A DNA stretch of 64,000 bases from a bacterium (GTDB lineage Bacteria; Patescibacteriota; Minisyncoccia; Moranbacterales; GWC2-37-73), in assembly GCA_003251635.1 (NCBI GenBank), contig QKEW01000008.1, positions 110,860 to 174,859 of the forward strand. Direction: 5' to 3'. Of this stretch, positions 1 to 10,506 are shown in pieces. The position numbers and the translations under genes are program-made. The notes below the pieces were generated by a model, which saw nothing but the letters and a program-made list of their open reading frames with translations, had not been told where the DNA came from and ran no database searches. The first letter of the stretch is position 1, and the number at the start of each line of letters is the position of its first letter.

Positions 1-171
1 CAATTGTGTGCAAGATTTTATTCCTTTTTTGGGTAATATCTTTTTTTTCAACCTAGCTGATGTTTATTTATTCACAGGTTTTTTCTTCTTAGCTCTTAAA
101 CAAATAATTAGGCATCGATAACTTGTGCATAAGTAGTGTTTTTTTGTGATTACCTGTTGATAATTCGGAAT

Positions 172-180
172 TTATCCACA
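172..180. promoter_or_regulatory. Isolated consensus DnaA box (TTATCCACA) in AT-rich leader upstream of first gene
   Basis: Exact 9-mer TTATCCACA read directly; single copy, about 11.7 kb from the oriC boxes. Confidence 0.25.
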
Positions 181-519
181 TCTTTATTCTGCTCGCTGTG
201 AACAATTTGGCCATTTTTTTCCAAACTTTTGTTTTTTAAAAATTATCCCCTTTAAATTCCAGTGGCTTTTCTTACTAATATCAACAGTTTCCAATTGCCA
301 GTCGTTGGCTCAAAAATAAGATTATTTCAAGTTATACACTTTTTTTAAATTACTAATATTAATAATAAATTTAATATTCTTTATATATAATTTAATTAAT
401 ACATATGAATTCCATTCTTTAATTTAGGATTGTTCACTCTTAAATTTAAAGGGGCATCTCTGTAAAATATTAATTTTGAAATATATCATATTTATTGTAT
501 AGTTAAATAAAATTAATAT

Positions 520-1164
520 TTGGATATGTCAAAAAATAAATTAGTGGTTTTGGGTATAACTATTATTTTTGTTTTATTGGATTTGATAGTTTTTAAATTA
601 TTTGAAACTCAGAAATATTATCAAGATATTGCCGTTTTAGTAACTTTTTTTGTATTGGTGCCTTTTTTATATAATAAAATTATTTTAAAAAGAAAACTAA
701 ACTCAATAGGACTTACGGTTGGTAATTGGAAGCAGGGCCTTATTTGGTCAATTTTTTTATTAGTTGTTTCCTTTTTGGTTTTTTACGTTATTGCCAAATA
801 CACTCCTTTTTTGAATAAATATAATCTAAATGTTCAGGTTTCTCGAGATTTTTTTAAGTTTCTTTTTTATGAATTTGGTTTAGTTCTGTTTTTAAGTTTT
901 GTGTATGAATTTTTCTTTCGAGGTTTTTTAATGCTTTATTTGAAGGAAAATTTTGGTCGTGGTTCGATTTTAATTCAGTGGGTAGTTTTTCTGGGTCTGG
1001 TTTTTTTAGGTGGGGAATTTAGTTGGAATTTTTTGCCTTATATGGTTTTTTCTTTTTTGGCCGGCATTATTACTTATAAGAGTAATTCTATTTGGTATGC
1101 TTGGATAAGCCAATTTATTCTTATTTTTACAATGGATGTTTTTTTTATAAAATTTTTGCTATAA
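520..1164 (+). CDS. CPBP-family (CAAX/Abi-like) intramembrane protease-like membrane protein
   Basis: Multi-TM 214-aa protein with ExxxR-like motif (YEFFFRGFL) typical of CPBP glutamic intramembrane proteases. Confidence 0.45.
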   Translation: MDMSKNKLVVLGITIIFVLLDLIVFKLFETQKYYQDIAVLVTFFVLVPFLYNKIILKRKLNSIGLTVGNWKQGLIWSIFLLVVSFLVFYVIAKYTPFLNKYNLNVQVSRDFFKFLFYEFGLVLFLSFVYEFFFRGFLMLYLKENFGRGSILIQWVVFLGLVFLGGEFSWNFLPYMVFSFLAGIITYKSNSIWYAWISQFILIFTMDVFFIKFLL

Positions 1165-1179
1165 TATAAATACAAAAAA

Positions 1180-3843
1180 ATGAAATTCAAAAAAATACCA
1201 AAAAGAAAAAATTTTGTAATAGCTTTAAATGTGTTTTTGGCTCTTTTTTTGGTTTTAGAGAGAACAGATTTAGTCTATGGTGCGGATTTGGTCCCTGATG
1301 ATTATGCAGATGAGGTTTCGATAATGCCTGATGTTGGTTATTCTGGCATTGATGGTCCTGAAGTGGATGTTGTTTTTGATGACTCAGAAGGAGATGGAAC
1401 TATGACGGCCAAGGCTATATCAACTGGATTTAATGGCGGGGATGAAGATTTGTATTTTACTTGGTATTTGAAAAGATCTGGTTGCGGACTGGATAAGGAT
1501 CCTTCTTCTGATAAAAAAGAAAAATGCGATGAAGATAATGATGGAAAAATAACGGAAAATGATTGGAAAGTTAAAGCTGCGAAAATAATTGCAACCAACG
1601 GTTATACTGACGAAAGTAATGGAAGCTCTTCAAATGACGGAAATGATGACGGTTATCAAGCTTATCCGGAGTGGACTGGTGATAATGATGAGCCTAACTG
1701 TTATGTTCAGGATTTTGAAGACGGGGGTATCTATGAACTCAAGGAAACGGAAGAAGTTTTTACTTGTGCTAATCCGGTTTGTGTTGCAACCAAATCACTT
1801 TCTTGTAGCGGGGACAGTAAGCAGATTTGTCAGAGGCAAGCTGAACCTGATTGCCAGGTTACTGATGCGGAAACTTTTGTATCAGCTGGACAGTGTGACG
1901 GAGGAACTTTACTGTGTTTGTCTGGATCTTTTTCAAGTTCTCTGACCGACTTGGAAATTTGTTCGGCTTTGGGTAGCAGTTCCGGAGATAGTTGCGAGTC
2001 GTTAAGTGAGACTGTGCCGGGATGCAGTTTTGTGGAGAAAACGGATGGAAATATTTGTCAGCACTTATTTGCTCAGCCGGATGATGATTTGGATGAGGAG
2101 ACGGGCGATGATGAGTTTGATGACGATGAAGAGGAATTTTGGGGAACTGATCCGAATAATAAATTTACGGCTGGCAATTCCAACGTGGATGAGGCCAATG
2201 TTGTTGGATTGGGCGTAGATGAATTTACCTGGAACTATTTAGATGGAGACAAAGTTGGCTTGGTGGTTGAAGGTGAAAGTATTATTGATACCAAGCACAA
2301 TGATGGAACGAAGATGATTATGTGGGCATTTTCAAAAAACACTTGTTCGGCCATCAGTGACGCGATTGAAGAAAGAAGTTTCTATATAGACGACTTGTAT
2401 GGTCTGGAATTTGGAATTTTGACTGTCAAAGATTTGGATTTGAATGATTGTTTGGAAGAGAACTTGTTGGATCCATCTGGTGAATCAGCTGACGGCTATT
2501 TGAGTGTTGATTTGTCAGTTTCTCCCACTGAACCAAAAAATGATCCTTTGACGGATGGTCCGGACAATCGAGGCAGCGTGGTTACTGCAATTGCTTCTGT
2601 TTTGCAATATGACAGTCCGGAAAATCTACTTTATGATTGGAATGTCGAGGTTAGCAGTGACGGAACTAACGATCCGCCGCTTTGGAAAGATATTACAGAT
2701 GAGCTCACGGAACACAGTGTGTTATCAGGACTTGGAAATAGCAAGTTGACTTTCAAATTGAATCTTCTTTATGAGGATGATATTTTCCCTAACCAAAACG
2801 TGGAGCAATATCTGAAAATAAAAGTAAGAGCGTCGGAGGGCGGGGATGCTGCCGCCAGCGGAAAGGATGAATATATTTTAAAAATAAAGCAACTTGGACC
2901 GGATGTGATGGCCTATGATGCTGCTTATTCCGAAACTACCCAGAAATTATCTTTAGGCGGAGAGCTTTGTGGCGGAGATGATGAAATTGGCGCAGATTGT
3001 TTGGTTACAGTTAATCAGATAATTGGCTTAAGTGTTCCAAATGAAGATGGAAATCTGAGTGCATTTTCATGGAAAAAAGACGGGGAAAGTTTGACCTGTA
3101 GCAGTTCCATATCTAGTGGCTGTTCCAATGGGTCATCTTCGAATTTAGCTTTTTTCCCGGTGGTGGGCTCAATTGGCGATGAAATTGAAATAACAGCCAG
3201 TGCTATGAATCAGTCAACCGGGATTACCGAAACCTTTAGTAAAAAGTTTAAGATAATTCAGCCCTACGTTAAAATCGTTTCAGCCGATTCAGATTTAGTT
3301 TGGCCAAAGCAGTTGGGATATTATAAAAATCTTGACGGCACAGTGGCCTTGGATCTGAGCGATAAAATTTTCCAAGTGGTTGAAGATACTAAGGTTAGCT
3401 TGAAGGCAACTTTTTATCCCAATTCAATAGCTGAAACAGAAGGAGTGGAGGTTGTTTGGAAAGTATTAGGTGAAAGTTATAAGGGCGAAGATGAAATTTC
3501 TTTTACGGCCAGTAAAAATGCCGGCGGTTCCTATAATATAGAAGTTTTATCCACTTATTCACAGCCTGTTTCCACTAGGATGGCTCTAGCTAATATCTGG
3601 GGTATATCGCAAGTACAAACCGATGACGAACAATTGAGCTATGAAATACAAGTTGAAGTTTTGAAAAGTGAATATGATGAAGTTGCCCTTTTGAAAAATA
3701 CTAAGAAATTTCTGGCCAATATAATTTCAAATACTCCTGAGCAAGTCGTCTTTTTCTTGAAAATAATATTAAGTGTCGTTTTATTAATTGGAATTTCTGG
3801 ATTAGGTTTTCGTTTTATTCCAGGAGCTAACAATAATGAATAA
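1180..3843 (+). CDS. Large (887 aa) acidic, Cys-rich cell-surface protein with N-terminal signal/TM and C-terminal TM anchor
   Basis: Long ORF. N-terminal hydrophobic segment, Asp/Gly/Cys-rich low-complexity body and C-terminal hydrophobic tail (VVLLIGISGLGF). Stop overlaps start of next gene (ATGA). Confidence 0.55.
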   Translation: MKFKKIPKRKNFVIALNVFLALFLVLERTDLVYGADLVPDDYADEVSIMPDVGYSGIDGPEVDVVFDDSEGDGTMTAKAISTGFNGGDEDLYFTWYLKRSGCGLDKDPSSDKKEKCDEDNDGKITENDWKVKAAKIIATNGYTDESNGSSSNDGNDDGYQAYPEWTGDNDEPNCYVQDFEDGGIYELKETEEVFTCANPVCVATKSLSCSGDSKQICQRQAEPDCQVTDAETFVSAGQCDGGTLLCLSGSFSSSLTDLEICSALGSSSGDSCESLSETVPGCSFVEKTDGNICQHLFAQPDDDLDEETGDDEFDDDEEEFWGTDPNNKFTAGNSNVDEANVVGLGVDEFTWNYLDGDKVGLVVEGESIIDTKHNDGTKMIMWAFSKNTCSAISDAIEERSFYIDDLYGLEFGILTVKDLDLNDCLEENLLDPSGESADGYLSVDLSVSPTEPKNDPLTDGPDNRGSVVTAIASVLQYDSPENLLYDWNVEVSSDGTNDPPLWKDITDELTEHSVLSGLGNSKLTFKLNLLYEDDIFPNQNVEQYLKIKVRASEGGDAAASGKDEYILKIKQLGPDVMAYDAAYSETTQKLSLGGELCGGDDEIGADCLVTVNQIIGLSVPNEDGNLSAFSWKKDGESLTCSSSISSGCSNGSSSNLAFFPVVGSIGDEIEITASAMNQSTGITETFSKKFKIIQPYVKIVSADSDLVWPKQLGYYKNLDGTVALDLSDKIFQVVEDTKVSLKATFYPNSIAETEGVEVVWKVLGESYKGEDEISFTASKNAGGSYNIEVLSTYSQPVSTRMALANIWGISQVQTDDEQLSYEIQVEVLKSEYDEVALLKNTKKFLANIISNTPEQVVFFLKIILSVVLLIGISGLGFRFIPGANNNE

Positions 3844-4807
3844 AAAAAATATAAAAAAAAATAAGAAAAAACTGTTTCTGATGATAGCTTTGTGCTGCCT
3901 CATCTTTTTGTTGGCTGGAAAAACCCAAGCTCAGGAATACAAGATTATGGAAGCTATCCCGGGATTTTTTCAAGCAGGATCGGTCTTGGGACTGGCTGAG
4001 TTAATCTCGGCTATTTATAAGATGGCTATCTGGATTGTTGGAATAGCGGCTCTCTTCATGATTACGATTGGAGGTTTTTTGTATGCAACTAGCGCCGGAA
4101 ACACAGCCACAGCCGGAAATGGTAAGCGGTTTATTAAGGATGCTTTGCTTGGCTTGGTTGTGGCACTGGGAGCTTATTTTATTTTAAACTTTTTTAATCC
4201 GGACCTGGTTAATACGAACAATATTACAACGGACTCTTTAACTAAAACAAGCGGGCAGATATCTTCAGTCGAGGTTTCAGCTGAAACTGCCACCTTGATT
4301 GAAAATTTGGAATTGGATGATTTGGCTCAAGAAATTTTGGATAGTTCCAATATAAAGCTGCAAGGAGCAGATAGGGCCGATTGTGCCAATTCTTCAGGAG
4401 AAAGGGTTAGTCCTCAAAAAAATATGCAAGAGTTAGCGGGTAGCACACCGATGACTGTTTGTAACGCTGCTTGTGAAACTGGCGGGGTGCCCTGTGGAGC
4501 ATATCAGACCGCTTCAAAGAAAATGTTGGAGGCCCTTGTGATTTTGGGCCAAAGCAAAAGTTTTGAGGTTACCAGCTTTAGTGGCGGTCAGCACGGAAGT
4601 AATTCCTCGACTCACTATAAGGGTCAAGCTGTTGATATTGTGCCCCCAACCAGCGCTAATTGGAATACTTATGTCGAAGCCTTGGTGAGTTTGGGTGCTA
4701 ATCCGGATCAAACTTTCTGTGAAGATCCTAAGGCAACAGGCGGAAGTATTAAGAGTTTAGATTGCAAGGTAAAGCATCATATTCACGCTTCGTTTCTTAA
4801 CTCTTGA
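3836..4807 (+). CDS. Membrane protein: signal peptide plus two-TM pilin-like N-domain fused to M15/LAS-type zinc peptidase-like C-domain
   Basis: Translationally coupled to upstream gene. C-terminal motif SSTHYKGQAVDIV resembles the SxHxxGxAxD zinc-binding motif of peptidase M15 (VanY/D,D-carboxypeptidase-like cell-wall hydrolases). Confidence 0.4.
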   Translation: MNKKNIKKNKKKLFLMIALCCLIFLLAGKTQAQEYKIMEAIPGFFQAGSVLGLAELISAIYKMAIWIVGIAALFMITIGGFLYATSAGNTATAGNGKRFIKDALLGLVVALGAYFILNFFNPDLVNTNNITTDSLTKTSGQISSVEVSAETATLIENLELDDLAQEILDSSNIKLQGADRADCANSSGERVSPQKNMQELAGSTPMTVCNAACETGGVPCGAYQTASKKMLEALVILGQSKSFEVTSFSGGQHGSNSSTHYKGQAVDIVPPTSANWNTYVEALVSLGANPDQTFCEDPKATGGSIKSLDCKVKHHIHASFLNS

Positions 4808-4865
4808 AAAGGAAGGGTGTTTTGATTAAAAAATGATAGGCGCAAGACTAATTGTCTAAAAATCA

Positions 4866-6002
4866 ATGAAAAAGATTTTTATCGTATTGAGCATTCTGTT
4901 GCTTTTGAGTTTAATTTTGCTTTTTGTATATAATTTTGCCTTTGATGGTTCTATTGGAATTGAGTCCAAGGGGCTTAGCTTTAATAAAAACGATCTGTTT
5001 TCAACCCAAAACAGCGATGAAGCTGAATCTGGTAAAATTTCATCTTTAGTCAATGATGAAATTGACAGTATTTTTTTAGACCGAGATAATCAGAAGATCA
5101 TCTATTATTCAAAGACTGATGGTCAATTTTGGCAGTTTGATTTGGAAAAAAAGAAAAAAAGTAATTTCTCTCAAAAATCTTTCCAGAATGTATCCAAAAT
5201 CAATTGGTCAAATGATGGAAAAGGGGTAGTTGTTGAACGGGTTGACAATGGTCAGAAAGTTTTTTCTTTGTATGAATTTGAAACTGGTTTCGAAAACGAG
5301 TTTCGCCAAGGAATGGATGAGATTGTTTGGGATTATTTGGGAGACAAGATAATCTATAAGTATTTTAATCAGGACGACGGAAAAAGGAGTATTAATGTAG
5401 CTGGGAAGGACGGGGGCAATTGGAAAAAAATCACGGATGTTGATTTTCGAGATATTTCAATTGAGCCAATTCCTAAAACGTCTTTGATTTCTTTTTGGAA
5501 TCAAGGTGTTTTTGCCGAGGAAACCAGTTTGTCAATCTCCAGTTTAAATGGCGGACAGCTGCGTCAAATTTTTTCCGGAAAGTTCGGTGCTGACTATAAA
5601 TGGTCTCCGGATGGCAAAAAAGTTTTTGTCAGCTATCTAAAAGATAGTCAGAAGGATTTATTGGCAGGTGGCGTGATCGATATTGATGGAAATTTTGTAG
5701 CGCTTGATTTGCCGACCTTAGCCTCTAAGATAGTGTGGTCTTTGGATAACAAGCATATCTTCTATGCTTTGCCAGTGATTCCGGATGGTTTTGTTTTGCC
5801 GGATGATTATAAAAACGGAAATTTTCAGACGGCTGATAGCTTTTGGAAAATAAACATCGAGACCGGTGAGAAAAAACGCTTAGTGGAGCTGGAGGATATT
5901 GGCGGAGTTTATGACGCGAAGAATTTAACTTTATCTCCCAATGAAGATTCGTTGTTTTTTATAAACAGAATTGACAATAAACTTTACTCTTTTGAATTAT
6001 AG
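4866..6002 (+). CDS. Secreted PD40/TolB-like beta-propeller repeat protein
   Basis: Signal peptide; repeated WSxDGK motifs (WSNDGKGVVV, WSPDGKKVFVSY) typical of WD40-like beta propeller (PD40) repeats. Confidence 0.5.
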   Translation: MKKIFIVLSILLLLSLILLFVYNFAFDGSIGIESKGLSFNKNDLFSTQNSDEAESGKISSLVNDEIDSIFLDRDNQKIIYYSKTDGQFWQFDLEKKKKSNFSQKSFQNVSKINWSNDGKGVVVERVDNGQKVFSLYEFETGFENEFRQGMDEIVWDYLGDKIIYKYFNQDDGKRSINVAGKDGGNWKKITDVDFRDISIEPIPKTSLISFWNQGVFAEETSLSISSLNGGQLRQIFSGKFGADYKWSPDGKKVFVSYLKDSQKDLLAGGVIDIDGNFVALDLPTLASKIVWSLDNKHIFYALPVIPDGFVLPDDYKNGNFQTADSFWKINIETGEKKRLVELEDIGGVYDAKNLTLSPNEDSLFFINRIDNKLYSFEL

Positions 6003-7180
6003 TTTTTAGTTTGACTGATTGATAATAGAAGAAATATCCAAAAATAAAAAGAAAGGTCATTTTTCCAAAAAGGAGTGTCGATTAGTCCGTAAATCAAAGT
6101 ATACAAAATAAAAGCTAGAAAAAAGCCAGCGAATCGTTTTTTTTGATTTTTCCAGGCTTGATTTAGCCAAACTAGACTGAGCCAGATAAAACCAATCAGA
6201 CCAAAAATCGAGGTTTGTAAATAAAAGGCTAAAAATAAATTATGAGGCTGTGGGACCGCCCACTCAAGATATGGTGGAAAATATTTTTGATATTGAAGAT
6301 ACGTGTCCTGAAAATTGCCCGGTCCGATACCCAAAATTGGGTAATCTTGGATTATTTTTAAACTGGATTGCCAAATCATCAGGCGCGAATTGAATGATGA
6401 TCGAGAACCGAACATGTGAACAATTCTTTCTTGAACATTTTCACTTGGAAAAATAAAAAATAGACAGATAAATAGGAAAAACAGCCAGAGAAGGCGGGAA
6501 ATTTTTTTAGGCGTAAATATTATAAACAAGGTTATTGTCAGAGCAATCCAATTGCCAAGAGAAAAGGTGAAGTAGAGGGCAGTCAGAATCAAAATCAGAC
6601 CTGGTAATAAATAATTTTTTATTCGAACCGAATTATTTTCTGCGATAAGGAAAATTCCGGCTAAAAGCCCAATTACCAAAAGCATGGCCAGATAATTAGG
6701 CGAGGCATAAAAAGACGCTAGCCGATTATCATAGGTTACCAGAAATAAGCTTTTATAAATCAAAGCTATGGCGGCAACCAAGGTTAAAGAGCCAAAAATT
6801 GTTATTAGAATTTTTTGAGTTGAAAGCGTGCTGGAAGCGGAACGGGTTTTTGCTAAACAAAACGCAAAAATCAATGGAATAATAAACCAACTTTTTATTA
6901 TGCCAAGTCCGGATAGGGTAGGCTGATTAAAAATATAAGATAAAGCCAGTCCGATTAGTATGAGGCCGACTGGCCATCGCAAGTTTTTAATAGCTGATTG
7001 GTTAAATAGACTTGTTTCTTTATTGCTTAAATTCCAAATTAAAAAAAATAAAATTGATAAGATCGCCAAAAATTCCGGGATATTGGTTGGAATTTGGCAA
7101 AGGGAAAATCTAACCCAGTAGAAGGGAATAAGAAAGAGGGTAAGCAGAAAAAAAATATTAGTCGTTTTTGGTAACTTCAT
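5984..7180 (-). CDS. O-antigen ligase (Wzy_C) family membrane protein
   Basis: Polytopic membrane protein with GPGNF and HNLFL motifs characteristic of the O-antigen polymerase/ligase family. Confidence 0.5.
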   Translation of the reverse strand: MKLPKTTNIFFLLTLFLIPFYWVRFSLCQIPTNIPEFLAILSILFFLIWNLSNKETSLFNQSAIKNLRWPVGLILIGLALSYIFNQPTLSGLGIIKSWFIIPLIFAFCLAKTRSASSTLSTQKILITIFGSLTLVAAIALIYKSLFLVTYDNRLASFYASPNYLAMLLVIGLLAGIFLIAENNSVRIKNYLLPGLILILTALYFTFSLGNWIALTITLFIIFTPKKISRLLWLFFLFICLFFIFPSENVQERIVHMFGSRSSFNSRLMIWQSSLKIIQDYPILGIGPGNFQDTYLQYQKYFPPYLEWAVPQPHNLFLAFYLQTSIFGLIGFIWLSLVWLNQAWKNQKKRFAGFFLAFILYTLIYGLIDTPFWKNDLSFYFWIFLLLSISQTKNYNSKE

Positions 7181-8420
7181 TATTTTGAGCTAAGGCCAGG
7201 AGAATAAAAAATATGCTCAGGACATGAACCGAATAGAGGGGAGTTTCAACTAAAGAGTAGCTTGAAAAGAAAATTAGAGAGGAGAATATTCCCAGATAAA
7301 ACCAATCATGTCTTCTTTTGAACAGGAAAACTAATGTTGAAATAATGGTTAATAGGTAAAAAATTAGACCGAAAAACCCGCTTTCGGTTAGGATGTCTAA
7401 ATATAAATTGTGGGCATAGATAGGATCTCGATAATTGGTAGTCGGCTCAATAGCCAGGGGTAAGTTGCCAAGTCCCACTCCCAAAGGATGTTGTTTGAAT
7501 ATTTGCCAGGATTTTTTCCAAAGTTCTATTCGGCCGAGATTTGATCCTTCTTGAAAATCAAAAGTGTCCAAAAAGCGTTGTCTGACTGGAGATAGGGTTG
7601 CCAAAATGGTAATAAACAGGAAAATCGTGAAGGCTATTCGGGCTGCTTTTCTAAAATTTATTGTTGAATTTTTTTTGATAAAGTAGCTTAAAAAAGCAAA
7701 AGAAGCAAAAATTATACCCAAATATCCTCCTCGTGAAAAAGTTAGTAAATTAACAATAAAAATTAAAAGAAAAACTAAAAGAAATTTTTTATTTTTTGTT
7801 TTAAGATAGTAGGCTAAAGCTAGTGGGGCAGTCAATCCCAGGTAAAAAGAAAACATATGGGGATCTGGAAAAATTGAAACTGCTCGGAAAATCGTTTTTC
7901 CTCCAACATTAACTAGCCAACTGGAATGTTCCCAGACAGCTGCTGAAAAGGATGGTCCCAGAAATATCGGGGATATGATCTTGCCCCAAAAGTTTTGTAA
8001 ATTGTTGATAGCGAAAATAAATTGACTCAGAAATTGACCCAGGCCAATTAGAGCCAAGAAAAAACTCCCCAGTGCTAGGAATTTAAAAGTCTGCCAATAA
8101 AATTTTTGTTGAAATTTCTGGCTAAAGAGCCAAAATAATGGAAAAATTGAAAGAACGAAAAGGATTTTGCGCAAGCCCCAAAAAGGATTTTGAGCCCAAA
8201 AAAGAGAAAAACTCAGGAAAAATATAAAGCTGTAGAGAAAGAGGGCGGATGCAGAGCTTGGAATCAAAAGCCTTTTTCTCTTGAGGCTTTGGATGAGCCA
8301 AAAAATAAAAAGTAGCGGAATGAAAATCCTGACGGAAGCCAGATCAATGTCAGTTGCGGGCCTTAGCGCTAATTGAAAGGGTAGATATAGGCAAAAGAGT
8401 AACAAGAGTTTTTCTAGCAT
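7158..8420 (-). CDS. O-antigen ligase (Wzy_C) family membrane protein
   Basis: Polytopic; SRGGYLG and IYAHNLYLDILTESGFFG motifs (R..G / HN.yL..E.G..G) of Wzy_C. Confidence 0.6.
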   Translation of the reverse strand: MLEKLLLLFCLYLPFQLALRPATDIDLASVRIFIPLLFIFWLIQSLKRKRLLIPSSASALFLYSFIFFLSFSLFWAQNPFWGLRKILFVLSIFPLFWLFSQKFQQKFYWQTFKFLALGSFFLALIGLGQFLSQFIFAINNLQNFWGKIISPIFLGPSFSAAVWEHSSWLVNVGGKTIFRAVSIFPDPHMFSFYLGLTAPLALAYYLKTKNKKFLLVFLLIFIVNLLTFSRGGYLGIIFASFAFLSYFIKKNSTINFRKAARIAFTIFLFITILATLSPVRQRFLDTFDFQEGSNLGRIELWKKSWQIFKQHPLGVGLGNLPLAIEPTTNYRDPIYAHNLYLDILTESGFFGLIFYLLTIISTLVFLFKRRHDWFYLGIFSSLIFFSSYSLVETPLYSVHVLSIFFILLALAQNNEVTKND

Positions 8421-8503
8421 GATGGTTCGACGCCTAAATCTTTATAGTTTATGAAAATAAACCATAAAGACACACAAAATGATTCTGTCTGAAAATTAAA
8501 TGG

Positions 8504-9943
8504 CTATTCTTTTATATCTGGGGTAGCAACTTTACTGGAAAAAATACTAAGAATCTCATGGGTCTTTATTGTCTTGGTTGCGAAAAGAGAAGCAAAGTAT
8601 ATCCCGGCTGAGCCAATAATTAGTAGAAACAAATTAATTTGGGAAAAGAAGAAGAGGAAAAGTGACATGAAGACACAAGATATGATTGATCCGCCAAAAC
8701 CCTGAAATTTTGGAGTGTAGTTTAAATATTTTTTTACCAAATAAAAAGTGGCAAAAGCTACGAATAATTCAGTCAAAACCGAAATAGCAGCGGCTCCGAA
8801 ATAGGAAAAAAGAGGAATAAGGATTAAGTTGGAGGCAATGTTGAAAATGGCAGCTCCTGAAAGCACCACCATTAGTTTCTTTTGCAAGTTGCCGGCAATA
8901 AGGATGTTGTTGAAAAAATTTCCAAAAAAAATGAAAATCAAAGCGAAAATCAAAACCCTTAGCACATTGGCTGATTGATGGAACTCGGGTCCGGCGATTA
9001 GGGTTATTATTTGTTCGGACAAAAACAGGGTTCCGATTGCCAACGGCAAAACCAAAATGACAAAAATTTTGAAAGTTTCATTAGAAATATATCGAAACCT
9101 TTTGCTATCGGTAAAAATATAACGCGACATTAAGGGTAAAATAAGGCCGATAATCATGGCGGGGAAGAAAGTGAAATTCTCGATAACTTTATAGGCGGCG
9201 TTGTAGATTCCCACTTGAGAACTGTTTTGGAGAATTGAGAGCAAGATGGTGTCTAATTTAAAATAAAGAAAAGTAACCAAAACCGAAACCCCCATAGGCA
9301 GAGATTCTTTTAAAAAACTTTTCCAGTAACTGAAATCAAAGCGAAGTTTTAGCGGAACATATTTTCTGGCTAAAAATAATACAAAAGTTAAATTAAAGAT
9401 CATGTAAACCAAAAGAGAGGAGATTATGATAAGAAAACCCCAGTCTCGGACAACTGCTAAAATTATGATTGAGGTTTGCAGCGCTTTTCCTAAAAATTCA
9501 ACCAAGGCAATTTTGTCCATGGCTACATTTTTTTGAAAAACTCCGTTAAGAACCGAATAGCCTGAAGAAAAAACAAAAGCCAAAGCTGAAAGAATAATCC
9601 CAAGCTTTACTTCGAATGAATAAGGCAAAAAGTAGGCAATCAGAGGTGAAACCAATAAGACTCCTAAAGAAGTGACTAATCTTAGCGCTAAAACATTGCC
9701 AACGATAATTTCTTCGTCGGCATTTTCACGGGAAATGTTGCGAGCAGTTATTGAATAAAGGCCAAGGTCAGCTATGGCTCCAAAAAAAGCAAAAAAAGCT
9801 AAGACCACGGAATAATCTCCAAAGCCTTGAGTTCCCAAATAGCGGGTAATAAAACCGATTCCAACCAACGCTAAAAATGTCGACAAAACCTTAGCGGTTG
9901 CCACAAAAACTACGTTATAGGCTATTTTTCGTGCAATGGCCAT
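8504..9943 (-). CDS. Polysaccharide biosynthesis protein / Wzx-like oligosaccharide flippase (MOP superfamily)
   Basis: 479 aa, about 12-14 TM segments, N-terminal region typical of Wzx/polysaccharide biosynthesis proteins. Adjacent to two O-antigen ligase-like genes. Confidence 0.6.
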   Translation of the reverse strand: MAIARKIAYNVVFVATAKVLSTFLALVGIGFITRYLGTQGFGDYSVVLAFFAFFGAIADLGLYSITARNISRENADEEIIVGNVLALRLVTSLGVLLVSPLIAYFLPYSFEVKLGIILSALAFVFSSGYSVLNGVFQKNVAMDKIALVEFLGKALQTSIIILAVVRDWGFLIIISSLLVYMIFNLTFVLFLARKYVPLKLRFDFSYWKSFLKESLPMGVSVLVTFLYFKLDTILLSILQNSSQVGIYNAAYKVIENFTFFPAMIIGLILPLMSRYIFTDSKRFRYISNETFKIFVILVLPLAIGTLFLSEQIITLIAGPEFHQSANVLRVLIFALIFIFFGNFFNNILIAGNLQKKLMVVLSGAAIFNIASNLILIPLFSYFGAAAISVLTELFVAFATFYLVKKYLNYTPKFQGFGGSIISCVFMSLFLFFFSQINLFLLIIGSAGIYFASLFATKTIKTHEILSIFSSKVATPDIKE

Positions 9944-9996
9944 GTAACTAAGCCTTAAAAAGTGAATTTTAAATTTTGTGAAAAAATCAGAGACAA

Positions 9997-10506
9997 TTAA
10001 ATGAAATCACTCGGTTTTACCACGATTTTTCTTTCTTCACCCTCTCCGATACTTTCAGTAACTACGGCTTCATTCTTGGATAATTCCAAGTGTACCAAGC
10101 GACGCTCATAGTTCGACATGGGTTTCATGATGATGGAGCGTTTTTCTTGCAGAGCCTTGGAGGCTGCCTCCTTAGCCAATTCGATTAGGTTGTCATTTTT
10201 TTCTCTGCGGTAGGAATTTATGTCTATTACGAATTTTATTTTTTCCTCAGTTTTTTTTCTGGTTAAAAGACGGGCTAAATGTTGGATAGCTTGCAGATTT
10301 TGTCCGTGTTGTCCGATTAGGAAGTTAGAATCTTCATTGGTGGAAATGTTGCAAACAACTTCTGTTTCATTTTCTGATGAATTCGATGACTCAATTTTAA
10401 TTTCAGGATCAAATCCCATTTTAAGCAAAAGTTCTTTAACTGTTTCTTCGATCAACTGATTGATTTCTTTTGGATTCTTCATATCTTTAAAATTAATGTT
10501 TGGCAA
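9997..10506 (-). CDS. jag: Jag/KhpB RNA-binding protein (KH + R3H domains)
   Basis: C-terminal R3H-like segment (ERRLVHLELS...IGEGEERKIVVKP). Conserved position downstream of yidC. Confidence 0.75.
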   Translation of the reverse strand: MPNINFKDMKNPKEINQLIEETVKELLLKMGFDPEIKIESSNSSENETEVVCNISTNEDSNFLIGQHGQNLQAIQHLARLLTRKKTEEKIKFVIDINSYRREKNDNLIELAKEAASKALQEKRSIIMKPMSNYERRLVHLELSKNEAVVTESIGEGEERKIVVKPSDFI

